From Candidatus Woesearchaeota archaeon (lineage in GTDB: Archaea > Nanobdellota > Nanobdellia > SCGC-AAA011-G17 > GW2011-AR18): DNA of 64,000 nucleotides. Numbering within the stretch: the stretch's first letter is position 1; each line of letters starts with the position of its first letter. The translations under genes and the position numbers were made by a program. Below, piece after piece: positions 58,687-64,000 of this stretch. Under the pieces are notes generated by a model, which was given only the letters and a program-made list of their open reading frames with translations, searched no databases and had not been told where the DNA came from. The stretch is taken from NCBI GenBank assembly GCA_964344975.1, contig CAYFPK010000001.1:15485-79484 (forward strand), in the 5' to 3' direction.

Positions 58687-60908
58687 GGACGTTTTCCCCC
58701 AAAAGGCCACCAACCCTTTTTTTTCTTGGCAGGTCGCACATGCCACACAATGCGATCAACACGGTCAGCCACTTCACCAGGCTCTAAGCGAGCAACAACG
58801 GGACCTCCAGCAGTTACTTCAGCAGGCATATCCAAATGAACAACAGGCAAAGGTGTAGCTTCATCAGAGGTTTCTGCAAGTATAGACAAAAAATAATCCT
58901 CTGAAGACAAAATGGAGCGATCGTACTCAACATCCGCATCAGGCGCAAAGACTTTGAAAAAGAAAAGATAAGGTTTCCCAAAAGCAGGCGGATATTCAGA
59001 AGAAAAATGGCGGCGAAGTTGAGAAAGATCAAAAAGATAGGATCCATCATCCTCCATAAACATACCGGGAAAAAGAGTGGTACCATCCTGAGATCTAAAG
59101 AGAAGTGAAAGTTGATAAGGTATAAAATCCTTTTTTTGCAACTGTAGTCCAAGATGTAGTGGTACAGATGAATGAAAATCAGCAAAAGAGATTCTAAATT
59201 CATAAGGGGTACGCCAAGAAGGTGTAGAAATACCCGAGGATTTATTTTTCAAAAAGCGAAATTTAAAATCCTTTGGTAGAGTAGGAGGTCCATCCGCTTC
59301 AGGCTCTTCAGGACTAACTCCTTCACCTACAACTTCAACAAAAATAAGGTCATAATTAACACGCTCACCAGCATCATCATAACCTGCAACAGCAACCGTG
59401 TAAAGGTTCGAATCAAGCGGAGGAGTAGAAAAAGTAGTTAAGACTCCTCTTGCAGAGGGTCTAACAGAAATATGATCAAAAGAAACATATCCTGGTACAA
59501 TACTCCAACCAGAAGAAACAACTGAAGAACCAAATAGTGCACTAAAAGTCAACTCAGTATTTGCCGGAACTTGCACAAAGTTTTTATCTTTTCTAACTTT
59601 TATTTTAAACTCTTTCCAATCAGATCGCGCAGCAACAATCCTCACAGAAGTAGCTCGAGCAGCTTCACCCAGTTCAGCATCTTCATCTTTGCCTCGCCGC
59701 CACTTTCGCTTTAAACGTTCCCACCAATTAAGACCTTCATCCTCAGGCTTAACCTCTTCAGGTTCAGGAAGAATAGGAGCAACAGTATCATTAACAATTT
59801 GAACACCATGCACACCTGATGACGCTTTTGCGCCAGTCTCAGTATCGGTACAGGTTACTTCTAAACCAAGGTTCATGCGTTGCCCAGGCCGCAACCCATA
59901 ACGTGCAAGATCTAAGGTAATCGAATCTAAGTTCGGACCAGCAAAACGTTGTGGATAATTTTTCACACGCCACTTAAACTGATAAATACGGCCAGGTTCT
60001 CCACCTTGCACATGAGCAATGAGACGCAACGTAGGACTAGCTGAAATTCGTACAGGGTCAATGGCAGGCTCATGATGAAGTATAACAGTAAATGAAGCAC
60101 GTGGCGTTGATCTAAAAAGCCCACCGAATTTTTTAAACGGCCAAAGAGCAAGACCACCAAGTCCTTTTGCAGCACCCCAGCCAAGACCACCAACACCTTT
60201 AGCAGCGCCCCAACCTTTATCGCCAGTCCACTTAGCAGCTCCCCAACCTTTATCGCCAGTCCACTTAGCAGCACCAACACCTTTATCTTTTCCAGAAGAA
60301 GAAAGGCGACCAAGACCGTGCCAAAAACCTTCCTTAGCACCATCTTCACCAGCACCATACGCAGCAACACGATCTTTAGTACCACGTAAGATATGAATTA
60401 ATAATAGCAACCCTAAGAGTAAAGCTACAGGAAGCAAAAATTCTGCAGGGATAGGTATCCAATAAAACAACTGCGGGTACCACAGATAGCCAACAAGTAA
60501 AGCAGCAAGTAAAATGCCAATAAGGTACATCCCCGACCCATGCGTTTTATCTTTAACCAAGTGATACAAAAACCCAACAGCAATGATACCTAAGAAAACT
60601 AACACAAACGGACCAATGCTAAAAAGTGAAAACCCTTGATAAATTTCCCAGGTAACAAGTGCAAGTGAACATACTAGCCCAAGTGCAAAAGCAAGGTTCT
60701 TTGAAGTTTTACCATCACCACCCACTAACGGTTTGAGGGCAACATCAAAAAGTAAAGACAAAACAAGAAAGGCAACAAAAAAATCGAGCCAACCGTAATA
60801 ATCATAATACAAATCTAGAGGAGTAAAAACAACAGCAGAAACTAAAGGTAAACAAAGTAGCAACAGAGCAAAAACTAGCAAAAACCTACCTCTTTTTAGC
60901 ACAAACAT
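58683..60908 (-). CDS. polytopic membrane protein A (~741 aa; longest ORF extends to 61121) with W/G-rich tandem repeats, first gene of the coupled operon
   Basis: From ATG 60908: MFVLKRGRFLLVFALLLLCLPLVSAVVF..., about 8 TM helices in the first ~230 aa. Then GKDKGVGAAKWTGDKGWGAAKWTGDKGWGAAKGVGGLGWGAAKGLGG (exact 33-bp tandem duplication at 60208..60273). Then a ~450 aa hydrophilic beta-rich domain. Basic C-terminus. Start at 60908 is preferred because 61121 would overlap the divergent Trm5-like gene by 158 nt. Confidence 0.5.
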   Translation of the reverse strand: MFVLKRGRFLLVFALLLLCLPLVSAVVFTPLDLYYDYYGWLDFFVAFLVLSLLFDVALKPLVGGDGKTSKNLAFALGLVCSLALVTWEIYQGFSLFSIGPFVLVFLGIIAVGFLYHLVKDKTHGSGMYLIGILLAALLVGYLWYPQLFYWIPIPAEFLLPVALLLGLLLLIHILRGTKDRVAAYGAGEDGAKEGFWHGLGRLSSSGKDKGVGAAKWTGDKGWGAAKWTGDKGWGAAKGVGGLGWGAAKGLGGLALWPFKKFGGLFRSTPRASFTVILHHEPAIDPVRISASPTLRLIAHVQGGEPGRIYQFKWRVKNYPQRFAGPNLDSITLDLARYGLRPGQRMNLGLEVTCTDTETGAKASSGVHGVQIVNDTVAPILPEPEEVKPEDEGLNWWERLKRKWRRGKDEDAELGEAARATSVRIVAARSDWKEFKIKVRKDKNFVQVPANTELTFSALFGSSVVSSGWSIVPGYVSFDHISVRPSARGVLTTFSTPPLDSNLYTVAVAGYDDAGERVNYDLIFVEVVGEGVSPEEPEADGPPTLPKDFKFRFLKNKSSGISTPSWRTPYEFRISFADFHSSVPLHLGLQLQKKDFIPYQLSLLFRSQDGTTLFPGMFMEDDGSYLFDLSQLRRHFSSEYPPAFGKPYLFFFKVFAPDADVEYDRSILSSEDYFLSILAETSDEATPLPVVHLDMPAEVTAGGPVVARLEPGEVADRVDRIVWHVRPAKKKKGWWPFGGKRP
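60150..60290. repeat. 33-bp tandem repeats inside membrane protein A (encodes the KGWGAAKWTGD units)
   Basis: Unit ccccaacctttatcgccagtccacttagcagc(t) occurs as two exact adjacent copies (60208..60273), flanked by degenerate copies. Confidence 0.7.
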
Positions 60909-60934
60909 GTCTAAATGCAAAATCGGCGAAATGG

Positions 60935-60943
60935 TTATATAAA
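60935..60943. promoter_or_regulatory. palindromic TATA box (ttatataaa) between divergent membrane protein A and the Trm5-like gene
   Basis: 20 nt upstream of ATG 60964 (plus) and 26 nt upstream of ATG 60908 (minus). Confidence 0.45.
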
Positions 60944-60963
60944 GCTTGTGATAACATAAACAG

Positions 60964-61944
60964 ATGAAAGCAGCTAAAATCCCACTAAGCAAGGCACAAG
61001 AAGAAAAAAAACGCCTTTTTGACAAAGGGGTAATAAACAAAGAATATAAAGCAAAAAGAGACAAAAAATTTTTGTACATTCCTCTCATAAAAGAAATAAA
61101 AGGCATTAAAATGGTCAACAAAGTGTTTGAAAAAAAACAACGTATAACAGCAAAAACAATATTAAAAAAAGTGTTAACAAAAGAACAATTAAAACTCCTC
61201 CCATCTGCCTACGATGTGATAGGTAGCATCTTAATTTTCGAACTTAAAAGTGAGTTAACAAAAAAGGAAAAGGTTATTGCACAAGCATATTTGCAAGCAA
61301 ACAAAAATGTAGAGACCGTAGCAAAAAAGCAAGGCATCCACCACGGCGTGTACAGAACACAAAACATCAAAATTTTAGCAGGAAAAAACACGAAGGTAAC
61401 CACACATAAAGAGAACGGGATTCAAATTGAACTCAACGTAGAAAAGGTCTATTTTTCACCGAGAACAGCAACAGAAAGGCTAAGAATAGCAAAATTGACA
61501 AAAAAAGGTGAAGAAATTTTAGTACCATTTGCTGGCTGTGCCCCATTTCCATTAGTGATGAAAAAGCAAAACCCGACCGTAAAAATAACAGCAATTGAAC
61601 TCAATCCAACAGCATGTAGATACGCTAAAAAAAATTGTAAAAAAACAGACATAGAAGTCATCTGCGGTGATGTGAAAAAAGCAATCCCAAAAAAGACTTA
61701 CGACCGAATCATCATGCCCTTACCTAAATCCGCTGAAGAGTTCTTGCCCACGATAAAAAAACATGTCAAAAAAGGCACAAATATCCACGTGTACGCATTT
61801 AATCTAGAGCAAACCGCACAAGACATCAAAAAGCGCCTAGAAAAGGAGCATACATGGCTTAAAGTGCAAAAAACCGTCAAATGCGGCGACTATGGCCCAA
61901 ACATCCACAGGTACTGTTTTGACTGTAAAGCGAAAGGTATTTAA
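60964..61944 (+). CDS. Trm5/Taw2(TYW2)-family tRNA methyltransferase
   Basis: SAM-binding motifs (ILVPFAGCAPFPL, ...DRIIMPLP...) typical of the Trm5/Tyw2 class I methyltransferase family. N-terminal D1-like domain. Confidence 0.6.
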   Translation: MKAAKIPLSKAQEEKKRLFDKGVINKEYKAKRDKKFLYIPLIKEIKGIKMVNKVFEKKQRITAKTILKKVLTKEQLKLLPSAYDVIGSILIFELKSELTKKEKVIAQAYLQANKNVETVAKKQGIHHGVYRTQNIKILAGKNTKVTTHKENGIQIELNVEKVYFSPRTATERLRIAKLTKKGEEILVPFAGCAPFPLVMKKQNPTVKITAIELNPTACRYAKKNCKKTDIEVICGDVKKAIPKKTYDRIIMPLPKSAEEFLPTIKKHVKKGTNIHVYAFNLEQTAQDIKKRLEKEHTWLKVQKTVKCGDYGPNIHRYCFDCKAKGI

Positions 61945-61971
61945 AGAAACTACTACTAACAAAGAGTAACA

Positions 61972-62358
61972 ATGCCTTTAACAGATATCACTCAAGGACT
62001 TTTAGGAACCGCAATGATTGCTAGCGCAATTACAGCAGCAGTATTCGCATATCAAGGCTGTAATAGAAGTGAAGCCGAAGAGCTAGGCATCACAGTATGT
62101 CCAAACGGCATTTATTTAGCAAACGGTCACTGGGATCCACAATCCGACTATTTTGAAGTACGAGACGTAGGTATCGACATCAATGGTAACCCGGTTGAGC
62201 AAGGAACATACCAATTTCCAAAAGACAACGTCTTAGTTGGTCTTGACCTTGAACGTTGTGAATTTCGAAGTGCTGAAGATATGTACGAAGGACACTTAAC
62301 ACCGTTCGTTTTACAAGCACAACCAGACGGTTCATTGCAAAAAATAACAAGACCTTAA
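61972..62358 (+). CDS. small N-terminally anchored protein with a Cys pair
   Basis: 128 aa. Hydrophobic N-terminus (LLGTAMIASAITAAVFAY), then a hydrophilic domain with 3 Cys. Confidence 0.35.
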   Translation: MPLTDITQGLLGTAMIASAITAAVFAYQGCNRSEAEELGITVCPNGIYLANGHWDPQSDYFEVRDVGIDINGNPVEQGTYQFPKDNVLVGLDLERCEFRSAEDMYEGHLTPFVLQAQPDGSLQKITRP

Positions 62359-62448
62359 AAACTAAAACAACTTCTAATCATCGAGGGATGATTTAGTGAA
62401 CACCCGCGGATCCTTTCAGGAGATGACGGACGGTAGTAGCTGATGACC

Positions 62449-64000
62449 TCACAATCCTAATTTTTCAAAGGCAGAACCTTTTGCTTTAACAGCAACAGGA
62501 GCATCAGCACCATGCCACGTTTTTCGAGGATGAATTTGCAGTGGATACATTTTCTCAGCAGTATCATCTAAGACCAAAGCAGCCCCTTTCATACGCGGCA
62601 ACATATCAAAATATTTCTGAATCTGCCCTGGCAAATATGAATGCATCATCGCATTCAAAGCAGCAATGTCACGTTTAGAAGTTAAACGGTGTGACAACAC
62701 TATGTCAGTTTGCGTAATAACATCGGTATGAATCTCACCGGGCTGTTGAGTCGCTAAAACTAAACTCACACCAGGCTGACGCCCTTCACGAAGCACCTGT
62801 ACTAACGCATCCGTTGCAGGCGTCACCGCATCTTTAGGTAAAAACTCATGGGCTTCATCGACAAGCAACCAGACCAAAGGCATCTGCGAACCTACAGCCC
62901 CCATTTGTGAAGAAAAATACGAATGACCACGTTGCACATCATCAAGTTCTTCAACTTTACGATGCGCCATACGCTGTTGCATTAACTTACGAGTTAAAAG
63001 CCCAACGACCAAACTTTTTATGTTCCAATCAGCATAACAACTCACATCAAGAATACTCACCTTACCGCCAGCAACAATCTCAACTAAAGGCGTAGCATCA
63101 ACAGAAAAAATTCCCCAAGACGCAGCTGCAGAAAATCTGTTTTCACAGGCTAAACGCAGCGAAGCAGTTAATCGCGTGTCAGCACGAACAGCGGCAAGTA
63201 AATCACTTAAATCATACACATCTTTTCGAGAAGAAACGCTTCGTACAACACGATCAAGCGCAATACCCAAATCAGAGAACAGCGTTACACCAAACACCCC
63301 ACACCAGTCGGAGCTAGATAGTTCACTTGGTAAAATCGTAAAAGGCGCATCAACAGGAATCCCTGCCTCTTTTTGTGAAGTAAACGCACCTGCAGGGGTA
63401 TACAACGTCACATCAAGACCCTGCGCACGTAACCCCCACTCATCAAGCAAATCTTCTTGTTTGACGTTAGGATACTTCATGGTCCAAAACACCCCCATGG
63501 TATCAAAAATTAACACGGCAATTTTTTCTTTAATCTCAGCATCTAGAGAAGAGATTTCTTCAGCTATTGCAGCTAAGGTGTAAGAATTATGAACAATAAT
63601 ATCATTTGCAACAAAGTTATGAGTCTCAGGAACACAAAAATCATAAACCTCAAATTCACCGTCAAGATATTCTAAAGAGACAATCTCATCCCAAAAAATG
63701 TCTGATTGAGCAAGCTGTGCGATCGCAGGTTGGTTATCAGCAAGAGCAATTTGTAGCAACGTTTGCCTATGTGGTGCATAGCGAATTCTTTCACGCATGG
63801 CCTTGGGGTGCGCATAACCCATAGCACGTCCAACTGCAGCCCAATTAGCAGGCCTATACAAATCCCAAATACCTTTCGGAATAGTGTCAATATTTGAATT
63901 AGAAGCAATTTTAGCTAAATCAGCCAGACAACGTTGAGCTTTCTGCTTTTTGGCACCATAAAACCCGATTTCTTCAATAAACTTCTCACGACTTTCGGAC
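62449..64000 (-). CDS. HerA/FtsK-superfamily (DUF87-like) P-loop ATPase interrupted by an intein; 5' end lies beyond the window edge
   Basis: The reading frame is open from 64000 with no stop. Residues ...DIFWDEIVSLEYLDGEFEVYDFCVPETHNFVANDIIVHN|S are the canonical intein C-terminal splicing block (HNFxANxIxVHN followed by +1 Ser), placing the intein/C-extein junction near 63586. The C-extein carries Walker B and downstream motifs (LVWLLVDEAHEFLP, ...LVLATQQPGEI...). Upstream in-window sequence (KFIEEIGFYGAKKQ...) is consistent with a homing-endonuclease region. Confidence 0.6.
   Translation of the reverse strand, partial: SESREKFIEEIGFYGAKKQKAQRCLADLAKIASNSNIDTIPKGIWDLYRPANWAAVGRAMGYAHPKAMRERIRYAPHRQTLLQIALADNQPAIAQLAQSDIFWDEIVSLEYLDGEFEVYDFCVPETHNFVANDIIVHNSYTLAAIAEEISSLDAEIKEKIAVLIFDTMGVFWTMKYPNVKQEDLLDEWGLRAQGLDVTLYTPAGAFTSQKEAGIPVDAPFTILPSELSSSDWCGVFGVTLFSDLGIALDRVVRSVSSRKDVYDLSDLLAAVRADTRLTASLRLACENRFSAAASWGIFSVDATPLVEIVAGGKVSILDVSCYADWNIKSLVVGLLTRKLMQQRMAHRKVEELDDVQRGHSYFSSQMGAVGSQMPLVWLLVDEAHEFLPKDAVTPATDALVQVLREGRQPGVSLVLATQQPGEIHTDVITQTDIVLSHRLTSKRDIAALNAMMHSYLPGQIQKYFDMLPRMKGAALVLDDTAEKMYPLQIHPRKTWHGADAPVAVKAKGSAFEKLGL

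Noticed and set aside
60909-61121. Extended N-terminus of membrane protein A (start at 61121) and the 15282..16382 / 50601..51638 longest-ORF starts
   Set aside because: These versions overlap the divergent neighbours' starts or leave no room for a promoter. Internal ATGs sit at the canonical ~21 nt from a shared TATA box and give sensible N-termini (Pelota DLKKKEF...DDLWHL, MetAP DDLALWQ, signal-anchor MFVLKRGRF...).
1-64000. CRISPR arrays, rRNA genes, SRP RNA / RNase P RNA
   Set aside because: No repeat-spacer periodicity seen. No non-coding gap exceeds ~180 nt and none is GC-rich enough for a large structured RNA. Only one tRNA was found by eye.

Overview
This 64 kb window comes from an AT-rich archaeal chromosome. 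Archaeal-only markers present include eIF2-alpha, Nop10, L44e, S27e, L21e, RpoF/Rpo4, Pelota, FEN-1, a Cdc48 paralog, RadB, archaeal-type phosphoglycerate mutase and an intron-containing tRNA. Many proteins carry lysine-rich low-complexity tails. Together with the compact gene layout this suggests a small-genome, possibly DPANN-like, archaeon; that is inference only.

Conserved content includes the L44e-S27e-eIF2alpha-Nop10-PAC2 cluster, the FtsY-SRP54-L21e-RpoF-DUF655-S13-S4-S11 cluster, topoisomerase IA, Cdc48, MetAP, TruD, a Trm5/Taw2-like methyltransferase, MsrAB and geranylgeranyl reductase.

Accessory content includes at least six type II toxin-antitoxin modules (PIN/VapBC, DUF3368/UPF0175, MNT/HEPN). 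Fragments of the geranylgeranyl reductase 3' end sit next to several of them. There is an incomplete chemotaxis-like gene set: CheB, CheC, a stand-alone HPt protein, a Cache-HAMP sensor with no signalling domain, and KaiC-like ATPases. Also present are a run of lipoproteins and secreted proteins, a DsbA-DoxX pair, a BatA/BatB-like vWA membrane-protein pair, and a HerA-like ATPase interrupted by an intein.

The most striking feature is an ~8.5 kb minus-strand operon of four very large proteins with no recognisable domains. One is a polytopic membrane protein with W/G-rich tandem repeats; the other three have acidic tails. All three junctions overlap as ATGA.

The whole window also shows a persistent A+C excess on the plus strand regardless of gene direction. 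This splits the encoded proteins into a K-rich class (plus-strand genes) and a V/L/G/D/S-rich class (minus-strand genes). Three divergent gene pairs are driven from single palindromic TATA boxes placed symmetrically about 21 nt from each leaderless ATG.
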